64,000 nucleotides of DNA from Acidimicrobiia bacterium (GTDB lineage: Bacteria > Actinomycetota > Acidimicrobiia > Spongiisociales > Spongiisociaceae). The notes under the pieces are model-generated. The model did no database searches and was not told the DNA's origin. It worked only from the letters and a program-made list of their open reading frames with translations. Below, one piece after another: positions 52,449-61,524 of the stretch. Both the position numbers and the translations under genes were made by a program. The stretch lies in NCBI GenBank assembly GCA_041576165.1, contig JBFGLM010000025.1, positions 10,060-74,059 on the forward strand. Direction: 5' to 3'. Position 1 is the stretch's first letter; each line of letters opens with the position of its first letter.

Positions 52449-53645
52449 ATGCGACGCTTTGCGCTCGTGGCGCTCAGCCTCCTCATGCTCACGCTCGTCG
52501 TCCCGAGCGGTGTGGGTGCCCAAAGCGAAGAAGACCGGCTCGACGAGATCCAGGCCGAGATCAAGGCGCTGGAGAACCAGATCAGTTCCGCTGAGTCGAC
52601 CCGCCGCGAAACCGTGGTGATACTCGCCGATACCCAGGCTCGCTTGGACGAAGTGCGTGGTCGGCTGGAGGCCGCCCAGAGCGCCCTCGACGCAGTGCTC
52701 GCCGCCATCGCCGTCCAACAGGCCGCCATCGCGGAGCTGGTTCGCCAGATCGGTGTTGTGGAGGAGGCGCTCGCCCAAACCCAACTCGAACAACTGGCGA
52801 CCCGCCAGCAGATACGCGAGCGGGCCGTCGACCTATACCGCAGCGGATCGTATGCCGTCGGTCGCGTCGTCTTGTCGGTGAATGACGCGACGAATGCGTC
52901 GGTCGGCGTCACCTACGCCGAGAATCTGCTGGAGAACACGACATTCCTGCTTCGCTCCCTGGAGGCACTCGAGAATCAGGAACGGGCGCAGCGGCAGGTT
53001 CTCACTGACCGCCGGGCTGAGGAGGAAGTTGCCCTGGCGGCGCTGGAGGTGGACCGGGCCGAAGCCGAGGAACGCCGGGCCGAGGTCGATGCCATCCGCG
53101 CCGAAGTCGCGGCCGAACTGGCGTCGCAGGAGGCGCTGCTCGCATCCATCAACCATGAGATCGCTCACCTGGACGACCACGTCGCCAGCCTGGCGGCCGA
53201 GGCAGCCAAAATCGAGGCCGAGATCGCGGCGCGCCAGCAGCCCGGGGGTTCGAATCCGGGCGTGCTGGCATGGCCGCTCCCGGGCCGGGTCACCTCACCG
53301 TTCGGATATCGCATTCATCCGATCACCGGTACCTCCCGGCTGCACGCCGGAATCGACCTCTCCGGCTCATCCGGGCAGGCGATCAAGGCGGCCGGCGGAG
53401 GCACGGTGATCCTCGCCGAGTGGTACGGCGGATACGGCAACACGGTGGTCATCGATCACGGGGGCGGGCTGTCGACCCTCTACGCGCATCAGTCGGGATT
53501 GAACGTTTCCCGTGGTGCCGGTGTCTCGACCGGTGACGTGGTCGGCTACGTTGGATCGACCGGCTTCTCAACCGGACCCCATCTGCATTTCGAGACGCGG
53601 GAGGGAGGCACACCGGTGGACCCGATGAGGTACCTCGGCGGATGA
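52449..53645 (+). CDS. Coiled-coil M23 peptidase (EnvC-like architecture)
   Basis: Signal peptide, coiled coil, HAGID, STGPHLHFE. Confidence 0.92.
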   Translation: MRRFALVALSLLMLTLVVPSGVGAQSEEDRLDEIQAEIKALENQISSAESTRRETVVILADTQARLDEVRGRLEAAQSALDAVLAAIAVQQAAIAELVRQIGVVEEALAQTQLEQLATRQQIRERAVDLYRSGSYAVGRVVLSVNDATNASVGVTYAENLLENTTFLLRSLEALENQERAQRQVLTDRRAEEEVALAALEVDRAEAEERRAEVDAIRAEVAAELASQEALLASINHEIAHLDDHVASLAAEAAKIEAEIAARQQPGGSNPGVLAWPLPGRVTSPFGYRIHPITGTSRLHAGIDLSGSSGQAIKAAGGGTVILAEWYGGYGNTVVIDHGGGLSTLYAHQSGLNVSRGAGVSTGDVVGYVGSTGFSTGPHLHFETREGGTPVDPMRYLGG

Positions 53646-54133
53646 GTGCCAAAAAGGCGGCCAAAGCGAAAGATCGAGGCGAGGCGACTGTCACGACCAA
53701 CCGTCGTGCCCGGTTCGACTTCGAGCTGATCGAACGATTCGAAGCAGGGATGGTGCTGACGGGTTCAGAGGTGAAGAGCCTGCGGGCCGGCAACGCCAAC
53801 CTCAAGGACTCCTACGCCGTGGTCGAAGACGGCGAACTGCTGCTCGTCGGCGCCTACATTGCGCCGTACCCATTCGCCCGCGACGGTGGCCACCAGCCGG
53901 AACGGCCCCGCAAGCTGCTGTTGCACCGACGTGAGATCGAGACGATCGCCAGCCAGACCGCCGAGAAAGGGTTGACCCTGATCCCGGTCCGGATCTACTT
54001 CGCCCGCGGCATGGCCAAGCTGGAGCTGGCGCTCGCCAAGGGCAAGACCGGCCTCGACAAGCGCGAAACGATCAAACGTCGCGAACAACAACGCGAGATG
54101 GATCGCGCCCTCCGGCACCAGGGCCGAAGGTAA
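53642..54133 (+). CDS. smpB: SsrA-binding protein
   Basis: NRRARFDF, LTGSEVKSLR, RKLLLH, DKRETIK. Confidence 0.97.
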   Translation: MSAKKAAKAKDRGEATVTTNRRARFDFELIERFEAGMVLTGSEVKSLRAGNANLKDSYAVVEDGELLLVGAYIAPYPFARDGGHQPERPRKLLLHRREIETIASQTAEKGLTLIPVRIYFARGMAKLELALAKGKTGLDKRETIKRREQQREMDRALRHQGRR

Positions 54134-54386
54134 GTCGCCGCCGGCGGCGAGTTGCGGGCGGTGAGGCCGTCCGCATGTTCTGAGGTGCGGCCTGGCGGCC
54201 CGCGCTGTCTCTTGCAGAATTGCACCGCGCAGGTCGCTGCAATCCTGTGCGATGGGACGGCGGAGCCGGTTCCCGCGCACCCCCTTTTGGGTGGCTCGCT
54301 TGCGCTTCGCCACCGGGCCCGGCTGTGGCTGCAGCTGTAGCCACCGGCCCGCCGGCCCCGGGAATCCCAGACCTTCGCGAGGGTTG

Positions 54387-54392
54387 TACAAT
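54387..54392 (+). promoter_or_regulatory. -10 element of ssrA promoter
   Basis: TACAAT 14 nt upstream of the mature tmRNA 5' end. Confidence 0.6.
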
Positions 54393-54406
54393 GTGCCTAT
54401 CCCCAT

Positions 54407-54764
54407 GGGGGTGAACTGGCTTCGACGCTGAGGGTTGAAGCGACGGAAGCGAGCCGAGGTCACCGGAGTCCTCGTTAAAGAGCCGGTACAACGAATAAGT
54501 GCCGAAGACGACTTCGCACTGGCTGCCTGAGTAACGCAGCTCATCCGCCCGGGTTGGACCCACCTCCCGGACCGGGTGTCGCTAGTGGGTTGCCGCTCCC
54601 GGGATGTCGGGACCGGGAGCGAAAGACGAAATCCGACTAGGACGGGTCGAGGGAATGCGCCAGCGGCTACTCACCCGATCCGAAACGCTCGCTGCTGGCT
54701 GCGCTCGGAGATGCCGTCGCAGATGTCTCAGCGGACCGGGGTTCGACTCCCCGCACCTCCACCA
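54407..54764 (+). ncRNA. ssrA: tmRNA; tag (A)AEDDFALAA at 54501-54530
   Basis: Acceptor stem GGGGGTG/CACCTCC with G3.U pair, GTTCGACTC T-loop, ACCA end, ATAAGT-GCC resume context, downstream of smpB. Confidence 0.97.
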
Positions 54765-54788
54765 GACCCGGCCCTCAGGCCGGGTCTG
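54763..54788. terminator. Hairpin after ssrA
   Basis: CAGACCCGGCC-CTCA-GGCCGGGTCTG. Confidence 0.75.
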
Positions 54789-54833
54789 CCACGTTGCGAA
54801 CCATCGTGTGGTGGGGGCGAATGCGCCAGCGGC

Positions 54834-55754
54834 TCAGCGCTGCGGTGCGGGCAGCTCCGACAATTCGGGACGCACCCGGTCGCCGAGCACGGCTGCGACG
54901 TGGCGGGACGCCTCCTGTGCCCCCAGCACGTTCATGTGGTTCTGATCTCGGAACAGCTCGTAGCGGTCCTCGAACATGTGCGTCATGTCGATGTGTCCGT
55001 CGAGGAGGCCTTCAAAGCGGGGATTGTGGACGGTGGCGGCCAGCACCTCGTCCCAGGTCACATACTCTGCGGCCGCCTTCAGATAGAGGTCCGTGACCGG
55101 AGCGGACACGGCGATCACTGTGATCCCTTGTTCTTTGCACAGCTGCAGGATCTTCTCGAAGTAGCCGATCAGCAGCGGGTCGCAGGGGTCATGACCCGCG
55201 AAGTGGTGGCGGGCCATGTCGGCTGCTCGATCGGCCTCAACTCTCGATCCCTCGATGTAGCGAAACCCGCGCAGCAGTTCGCCCTTCAGTGGAGGCAGCG
55301 GCGGCTGGCGGCGCACAGCCCTCCAGGCGTTGGTCACAGTCTGGGCGAGCTCGGGCTTGCCGGTGAACTTGAGCATCGACGTGATGTGTTCCACTGCCGG
55401 GTTGCGGACGCCCAGCTCGCGCAGCGCCGGATAATCGGATGGTCGGATATAGCCCCGGCGGTACATGCGGCTGTAGAGCCGTTGCGTGCGAACGCCGACG
55501 AACGACGCGATCGCTAGGGAATACAGCAAGATCCTCAGCTTCGGCATGCGGGGCAGGTGGTACCGCAGCTTGAAGTAGCTCTCTATCGGAGACTCCCCGG
55601 TGTCCGAGTAGTTGAAGGCAGCCCGGTCGATCAGCGGCGGCGCCAAACAGGCCTTGACGTCCGACTGGCCGGCGATCAGGACCTCGGTCGATGATTCGGC
55701 GGCAAGGAACTGTCTGTGAGTGGTTGCATACTCGGTTGGGACGTAGATACCCAC
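54834..55754 (-). CDS. SGNH/DltD-like hydrolase-fold protein
   Basis: VLIAGQS, AFNYS..G, FRDQNHMN (DxxH); start uncertain. Confidence 0.6.
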   Translation of the reverse strand: MGIYVPTEYATTHRQFLAAESSTEVLIAGQSDVKACLAPPLIDRAAFNYSDTGESPIESYFKLRYHLPRMPKLRILLYSLAIASFVGVRTQRLYSRMYRRGYIRPSDYPALRELGVRNPAVEHITSMLKFTGKPELAQTVTNAWRAVRRQPPLPPLKGELLRGFRYIEGSRVEADRAADMARHHFAGHDPCDPLLIGYFEKILQLCKEQGITVIAVSAPVTDLYLKAAAEYVTWDEVLAATVHNPRFEGLLDGHIDMTHMFEDRYELFRDQNHMNVLGAQEASRHVAAVLGDRVRPELSELPAPQR

Positions 55755-55862
55755 CTGAAACCCCTGGCGCGTGCGCATTCGCAGTATGCCGGATCCCGCA
55801 CATAATGCGTAGCGACGGCGGCGCACGGCGAACTTCGAGGCGGCGTGTGGTTGCATGGACGG

Positions 55863-56264
55863 GTGCAGCGGTTCTTGACCATGACGGGACGAGCGCTGGC
55901 GCTGCGATGCCCGCGTTGCGGCGGCCGTGGCGTGTTCGACGGCTGGTTTTCCATGGTCGACCGCTGCCAGACGTGTGGGCACAAGTACGAGCGTATGGAT
56001 GGATACTGGGTCGGATCGATGATCCTGTCGTTCGCCGTCACGGCTGCCGCGTTCCTCATCGTGTTCCTCGCCGGCGTGGTCCTCTATTGGCCGGATCCGC
56101 CCTACACACCGCTGTTGATCGTCTCGCTGGTGATCTCGGGGGCTACTCCCGTTCTGGCTTTCCCGTGGTCGCGGACGCTCTTTGCCGCCCTTGAACTGGC
56201 GGTGCACCCACTCGAGCCACACGAGGAAGCCGCGGCTGCGGCATACATTGCCGACGATTCATGA
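55863..56264 (+). CDS. DUF983 family protein
   Basis: LRCPRCG..F..W....CxxCG..YER..GYW, two TMs. Confidence 0.8.
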   Translation: MQRFLTMTGRALALRCPRCGGRGVFDGWFSMVDRCQTCGHKYERMDGYWVGSMILSFAVTAAAFLIVFLAGVVLYWPDPPYTPLLIVSLVISGATPVLAFPWSRTLFAALELAVHPLEPHEEAAAAAYIADDS

Positions 56265-56312
56265 AATGCAGTCTTCGTCGGAGTGTCGCGGCGTCGCGGT
56301 AGGGTCCGAATC

Positions 56313-56954
56313 ATGAGTGATCGGATCGCGCAACTGCGCGAGGAATACGAGACGGAGGGTCTGCGCCGGGACATGCTCCACCCGGACCCCATCCGCCAGT
56401 TTGAAGTGTGGTTCGACGCGGCCCTTGCAGCCGGTGTCCCACAACCCAACAGCATGGTTGTCGCCACTGCCGACGCCGATGGGCGGCCTGCAGCCCGGGC
56501 GGTCTTGCTGAAGGGTTTCGACGAGCGCGGGTTTGTGTTCTACACGAACCTCGAGTCGCAGAAGGGCAGGGATATCAGCGCCAATCCGAGGGCGGGTCTA
56601 TGCCTGGTCTGGTTACAGCTGCACCGCCAGGTGCGGATCGAGGGTGATGTCCGGCTGGTCGCCGAGCAAGAGGCGGACGCCTACTTCGCATCGCGACCGT
56701 ACGGAGCGCAGATAGCTGCCGCGGTCTCACCCCAGAGCCGGCCGATCGCCGGGAGGGAGCAGCTGGAAGCCGCCTACACGGCTCTGGAGCAGGCTCATCC
56801 AGAGCCTCCCGTGCCGCGACCGCCGACCTGGGTCGGATTTCGTGTCATCCCGGATCGGATCGAGTTCTGGCAAGGGCGCCGACACCGGTTGCACGACCGG
56901 TTCCACTACCGCCGAGACCGAGCGGCTTGGATGATCGAGCGACTGGCGCCGTGA
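56313..56954 (+). CDS. pdxH: Pyridoxamine 5'-phosphate oxidase
   Basis: RAVLLK, FYTNLESQKG, RQVRIEG, EFWQGR..RLHDR. Confidence 0.96.
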   Translation: MSDRIAQLREEYETEGLRRDMLHPDPIRQFEVWFDAALAAGVPQPNSMVVATADADGRPAARAVLLKGFDERGFVFYTNLESQKGRDISANPRAGLCLVWLQLHRQVRIEGDVRLVAEQEADAYFASRPYGAQIAAAVSPQSRPIAGREQLEAAYTALEQAHPEPPVPRPPTWVGFRVIPDRIEFWQGRRHRLHDRFHYRRDRAAWMIERLAP

Positions 56955-57373
56955 TCCGGATCGGCGCGGAGGCGGTGGAGGCGATGTGGAACCATGTTCG
57001 CTTCTGTGAACCACAAGAGGCCTGCGGCCTGCTGGCCGGCTCAGGTTCGACGGTCGCCATGGTCTACTGCCTGACCAACGTCGCGGCGGGCTGCGACCGT
57101 TACACCGTCGAACCGAGGGGACACTTCGGGGCACTGCGCCACGCCGAACGCAACGGCTGGGAACTGATCGGTGTGTTTCACAGCCATCCCAGCGGGCCGC
57201 CGGTGCCATCCCGCCACGACGTGGAGGGTGCACTCGAACCCGGCTGGCACTACGTGATTCTGGGATGCGATCGCACAGGTGGCCCGGCGATGAGGTCGTA
57301 CCGCATCCGGGCCGGGACGATTTCAGAGGAGCCGATCGCTACTGGACCGCTACCGTCCAGCGGATGCAACTGA
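56951..57373 (+). CDS. M67/JAB metallopeptidase (Mec-like)
   Basis: PQEACGLL, FHSHPSGPPVPSRHD. Confidence 0.88.
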   Translation: MIRIGAEAVEAMWNHVRFCEPQEACGLLAGSGSTVAMVYCLTNVAAGCDRYTVEPRGHFGALRHAERNGWELIGVFHSHPSGPPVPSRHDVEGALEPGWHYVILGCDRTGGPAMRSYRIRAGTISEEPIATGPLPSSGCN

Positions 57374-58107
57374 CAGTCCTCGGGTCCAACGGGACCTACC
57401 CGACGGCGGGCAGGCCCACATCTGGCTACCTGCTGCGGACGGCCGCAACCTCCATCTGGATCGACGCCGGGTCGGGCACGTTTGCGGCGTTACAGGAGTT
57501 CGTCGACCCGTTGCAGCTGGACGCCGTGGTGATCTCCCACGTTCATCCCGACCACAGCGTTGACCTGCTCGCCTTTTACCACTTCGCACGGTTCGGGCCA
57601 CGCCAGCGCTCACACATACCGGTCCTCGCCGCCGATCTGGTAGAGGAGCGCCTGGCCGGGTTTCTCGGGGCCGGCCCCGATCACCCACTCCGAACAACTT
57701 TCGAGTTCCGGACGGTGGGCGATGGCGATGCAGTCACGGTCGGCGATGTCGACCTCCGGTTCGCAACAACCGCGCACCCGGTGCCCACAGTGGCGCTACG
57801 CGCAACTCGCCGCGAGAAGTCCTTCGTGTATACGGCCGATACCGGTCCGTCGGAGAGCCTGGTGGAGCTGGCAAGGGGAGCGGACGTGCTGGTCGCCGAA
57901 GCCTCCTACCAGGGCGGGGACAAACCGTGGGACCATCATCTCACGGCGTATGAAGCCGGTCAGTTGGGGGCAGATGCCGGCGTCGAACGCTTGGTCATCA
58001 CGCACATCGGCCCGGGGCTGGATCCCAACCGGTCGCTGATCGAGGCCGAGGCGACGTTCGGAACCCCCGTGCGGACGGCGGTTCCCGGGACCACGATCTC
58101 GATCTGA
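57364..58107 (+). CDS. MBL-fold metallohydrolase (RNase Z-like)
   Basis: SHVHPDH, YTADTG, HLT, ITH; synteny with rph. Confidence 0.88.
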   Translation: MQLTVLGSNGTYPTAGRPTSGYLLRTAATSIWIDAGSGTFAALQEFVDPLQLDAVVISHVHPDHSVDLLAFYHFARFGPRQRSHIPVLAADLVEERLAGFLGAGPDHPLRTTFEFRTVGDGDAVTVGDVDLRFATTAHPVPTVALRATRREKSFVYTADTGPSESLVELARGADVLVAEASYQGGDKPWDHHLTAYEAGQLGADAGVERLVITHIGPGLDPNRSLIEAEATFGTPVRTAVPGTTISI

Positions 58108-58167
58108 TTGACGGCATCGAAGCGCCGGTCGTGGTAAAACATGAAGCCCTCCGGCCGAGGAACCCAC

Positions 58168-58872
58168 GTGGCACGCACCCGAGCCCCCGACGAATTGCGC
58201 CCCATCCGCCTGACCCGCGGTTACACGGAGATGACGCCGGGCTCGGTGCTCATAGAAATGGGCAACACTCGCGTTCTGTGTACGGCATCGGTCGAAACGC
58301 GGGTGCCCCGCTGGATGGAGGAATCGGGGAAAGGTTGGGTCACCGCAGAGTATGGGATGCTGCCCGGATCATCCTCCGAGCGGATCCGGCGCGACAACTA
58401 CTCTGGTGGGCGCTCGAAGGAGATCTCTCGGCTCATAGGCCGGGCGCTGCGCTCGGTGGTGAATCTGGCTGGGATGGGCGAGATGATGCTCCGAGTCGAC
58501 TGTGATGTGATCCAGGCTGACGGCGGTACCCGGACGGCAGCCATCACCGGAGCGTGGGTGGCCATGTGGGAGGCTCTTGATTGGGCTAACGACCGGGGCC
58601 TTCTCGAACAAACACCCATCCTCGACAAAGTGACCGCCGTGTCGGTGGGGATAGTCGATGGGGTTGCCCTGCTCGACCTCGAGTACGAGGACGATGTCGC
58701 GGCGGACGTGGACATGAACGTGGTCATGACCGGCCGCGGGCTCCTGGTCGAAGTGCAGGGTACGGCCGAAGGCGCCCCCTTCGACCGAGCCGATCTGGAC
58801 CAGATGCTGGATCTGGCGGCGGGCGGAATCGCCGAGCTGGTCGGGATCCAAGAAGCCGCCGTCGCAGAGTGA
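58168..58872 (+). CDS. rph: Ribonuclease PH
   Basis: GWVTAEYGMLP, RLIGRALR, QADGGTRTA, EVQGTAE. Confidence 0.96.
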   Translation: MARTRAPDELRPIRLTRGYTEMTPGSVLIEMGNTRVLCTASVETRVPRWMEESGKGWVTAEYGMLPGSSSERIRRDNYSGGRSKEISRLIGRALRSVVNLAGMGEMMLRVDCDVIQADGGTRTAAITGAWVAMWEALDWANDRGLLEQTPILDKVTAVSVGIVDGVALLDLEYEDDVAADVDMNVVMTGRGLLVEVQGTAEGAPFDRADLDQMLDLAAGGIAELVGIQEAAVAE

Positions 58873-59465
58873 TCGTGCGCCTCGAACGAGCAGTAGTCGC
58901 TTCCAAGAACCCCGACAAGATCGCAGAGGTGGAGCTCGTCCTGTCCCAAATGGGAGCCGTCGGTGAAATCGTACGCGAGCTCGACTGGCCGGACATCGAG
59001 GAAACCGAGGCGACCCTCGCCGGCAATGCGCTCCTCAAGGCCAGGTCTGTCGTCGCCGCCACCGGACTCGCTGCGATTGCCGACGACACCGGGCTCGAGG
59101 TGGCTGCGCTCGATGGCCGTCCCGGCGTCCACACTGCCCGGTACGCCGGGCCGGAGGCAACCTATGCGGACAACCTGGTACGCCTCCTTGCCGAGATGAA
59201 CGGGGTCGAGGACCGGCGGGCCGTGTTCCGGACTGTGATCGCCGTTGTCACCCCCTCGGGCCAGGAGTGGACGACTGAAGGTGTACTGGCCGGGTCCATC
59301 ACGCACGGGCCGAGGGGCGACGGTGGGTTCGGCTACGACCCCGTGTTCGAGGTGGGGGACATGACGCTGGCGGAGATGTCGCCCGAGGAGAAATCTCGGA
59401 TCTCACACCGGGCGCGGGCGCTGCAGGCGATGGGAGATCTGCTGGCTGGACTCGCCGGCGGTTAG
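58869..59465 (+). CDS. rdgB: dITP/XTP pyrophosphatase
   Basis: ASKNPDK, ADDTGL, GFGYDP, SHRARA. Confidence 0.95.
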   Translation: MIVRLERAVVASKNPDKIAEVELVLSQMGAVGEIVRELDWPDIEETEATLAGNALLKARSVVAATGLAAIADDTGLEVAALDGRPGVHTARYAGPEATYADNLVRLLAEMNGVEDRRAVFRTVIAVVTPSGQEWTTEGVLAGSITHGPRGDGGFGYDPVFEVGDMTLAEMSPEEKSRISHRARALQAMGDLLAGLAGG

Positions 59466-60931
59466 CCGGAGAGCCGGGGCTCGAACGGGCCGAGCAAGCC
59501 GCTGGCGCCTTCGAGGAGGTCATCGAGCGGGAGTGCGTTGTCGTGCAGCAGGAATGCGGTGATCTGGTCCATCTCGTTGTCCAGCCTGGCGCATGTCGGC
59601 GGAGTGCCGTCGCACAGGTCAACGGTCGCGTCGCCTCCGGGGTAGAACACAACTCCACAGGTGTCGGGAGTGCTGCCGGAACAGTTGAAGAACGCGCCCC
59701 CGATGAAGACCGCCCGGAATCCCCGGATCGTCCGATCGCCGGTGCCCGACGGCCACGAGGACTCGTAGAACTCCGGCACCAGGGCCAGGCGGGGGGAGTT
59801 GAACACCGACGTGCTGAAGATGCGTGCGTTGGCGGCGGCCGCCGCTTGCAGGCAGGTGCCCAGGTTGGCCGTGTTGATCAGCTCGTCGGGGTCGACAAAG
59901 TTACCAGGTGCGCAGGCGGCAACGCCGCCGTACCCGGCGACGATGTAGTCCCACAAGGGCCGGTTGTCGACCGACACCGGCGTGTTCCTGTTCCACACCA
60001 CCCGGGTCGGGTTGCCGCCCTGCTGCAGGCGGGGCGTGCTGGGCGTGGTCAACGATCCATCGAAGAACCCACGCCACAGTGCGGTCTCGGAGACGCTGCT
60101 GTGCGATTCGAGCCGGTTCGGCCCAAAATTGCCGCACGTGTCCGACACGAACGGCTCAGTCGCAGGGTTCCCGTCCGAGTGGCGCCGGATGAAGTGGTCG
60201 ACGCCCAGCCGCACGTTGGTTGCGAACACCGGGTAAAGGGCACCGATGCACGTCCTCGGCGTTGAGAACTCAGGGTTGCCGAACAGGGGCGAGTCCACCA
60301 TGCGCGTGTTGCGGGAGTGGCTCGTGGTGCACGGGTCGACCGCCAGCGCGCCGGATCGCAGACATACCTCGTTTCCCGCCGGCGCGCTGGCCAGCACTCC
60401 GAATGGCAGAACGTCAGCATCGTCCCCGTCCGGGTAGATATCCGCCTCGGCATAGGCGGCGACCGTCAGCCCGTTCCCACCGACTATCCGGGCGAAGGCG
60501 GGTTTCACCAGCTGGTCGGGCACCCGTATGCGCAATCGTCCGAGATCCTCCACGCTGATGCAGTCGTAGGTCCCGGCACCCGAGACATCGGGCACGGGCG
60601 TGAAGTCGGGCGGCTTGCCGGGGTCGGTGCAGGACGCCCAGCTGGCGAACCAATCCGGATCGGCGTAGATGTTCTCGAGGTTCTTGCGGACATAGAGCAT
60701 CGCAGCGTCGCGCAGTCCCGGCTCGCCCATGTGGGCGTCCAGTGCACCGGCCATCACCCCGATATCGGCCGAAGCCTGATCCTGGCGGCGTTCGTTGACG
60801 CCGAGGCCGTAGTCGACGGTCAGCGCCGCCATCCCGAGGAAAAGAACCATCCCCGCTGCGACAAGCATGGCGGTGGTGCCGCGGTCATCTGCCAGGCTGG
60901 AACGGATCCATCGGGAGCGGGTCACGGTCAT
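59462..60931 (-). CDS. Tad pilus TadG-like protein (copy A)
   Basis: DDRGTTA + TM + VDYG..RR.DQ..AD; Cys-rich exported body. Confidence 0.8.
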   Translation of the reverse strand: MTVTRSRWIRSSLADDRGTTAMLVAAGMVLFLGMAALTVDYGLGVNERRQDQASADIGVMAGALDAHMGEPGLRDAAMLYVRKNLENIYADPDWFASWASCTDPGKPPDFTPVPDVSGAGTYDCISVEDLGRLRIRVPDQLVKPAFARIVGGNGLTVAAYAEADIYPDGDDADVLPFGVLASAPAGNEVCLRSGALAVDPCTTSHSRNTRMVDSPLFGNPEFSTPRTCIGALYPVFATNVRLGVDHFIRRHSDGNPATEPFVSDTCGNFGPNRLESHSSVSETALWRGFFDGSLTTPSTPRLQQGGNPTRVVWNRNTPVSVDNRPLWDYIVAGYGGVAACAPGNFVDPDELINTANLGTCLQAAAAANARIFSTSVFNSPRLALVPEFYESSWPSGTGDRTIRGFRAVFIGGAFFNCSGSTPDTCGVVFYPGGDATVDLCDGTPPTCARLDNEMDQITAFLLHDNALPLDDLLEGASGLLGPFEPRLSG

Positions 60932-61377
60932 ATACAGGTCCCGACGCCGTTGGACCAGCTAGTCGGATCTTGCTCGATCCGTGACTTCGCCTGTGCGTTG
61001 AGGCCGGCCGGAAGCCACGAGTCAAAGAACCCGGTGATGGTCTGGAGTGGTGCCTGGACGGTCACCGTGGCCTCTCCACCAACCCCGGCGCCCGCTCCGG
61101 CCAGAGTGATGGTGGCGCCGCTGGCCAGGTTCATGCGATTGCAGGCGGTGACGAGGTCGTAGTCATCGGTCGCAATCATGCGGGTCGCTTCGCGGGCGCC
61201 GTGGCGCACGTCGAGCTCCTGGCTCAGAGCAAAGCCAAACTCCACGATGCCGAGGACGACCATGATGAGGAGGGGCAACAAAACCGCGAACTCAACGAGA
61301 GCGGCACCATTCTCTCTGCTGGCACCAATCTCTCTGCTGGTACCAATCCTGGCCCCGGACGTCCTGTTGCTCCCCAT
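60928..61377 (-). CDS. TadE-like pseudopilin (copy A)
   Basis: GAALVEFA..LP..GIVEFG..AREA.R. Confidence 0.88.
   Translation of the reverse strand: MGSNRTSGARIGTSREIGASRENGAALVEFAVLLPLLIMVVLGIVEFGFALSQELDVRHGAREATRMIATDDYDLVTACNRMNLASGATITLAGAGAGVGGEATVTVQAPLQTITGFFDSWLPAGLNAQAKSRIEQDPTSWSNGVGTCI
61303..61349. repeat. 18-bp imperfect tandem repeat in TadE leader
   Basis: GGCACCATTCTCTCTGCT / GGCACCAATCTCTCTGCT / GGTACCAATCC. Confidence 0.8.
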
Positions 61378-61410
61378 CCCTGGCCGCTCCGAACCGCGGT
61401 ATCTGCAATG

Positions 61411-61434
61411 TCGCAAACATGATCATATTCGCGA
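61411..61434. promoter_or_regulatory. Imperfect palindrome upstream of tadE copy A
   Basis: TCGCAAACATGATCATATTCGCGA, 20 of 24 positions symmetric. Confidence 0.5.
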
Positions 61435-61524
61435 AACCGCCATCCGTCACACGCGGACGCATCGTGTCTAACCCGCAGACGAAGATCGGGAAGCAGGCAG
61501 TGTGGGCTGCGGCGAGCCGGGCCG

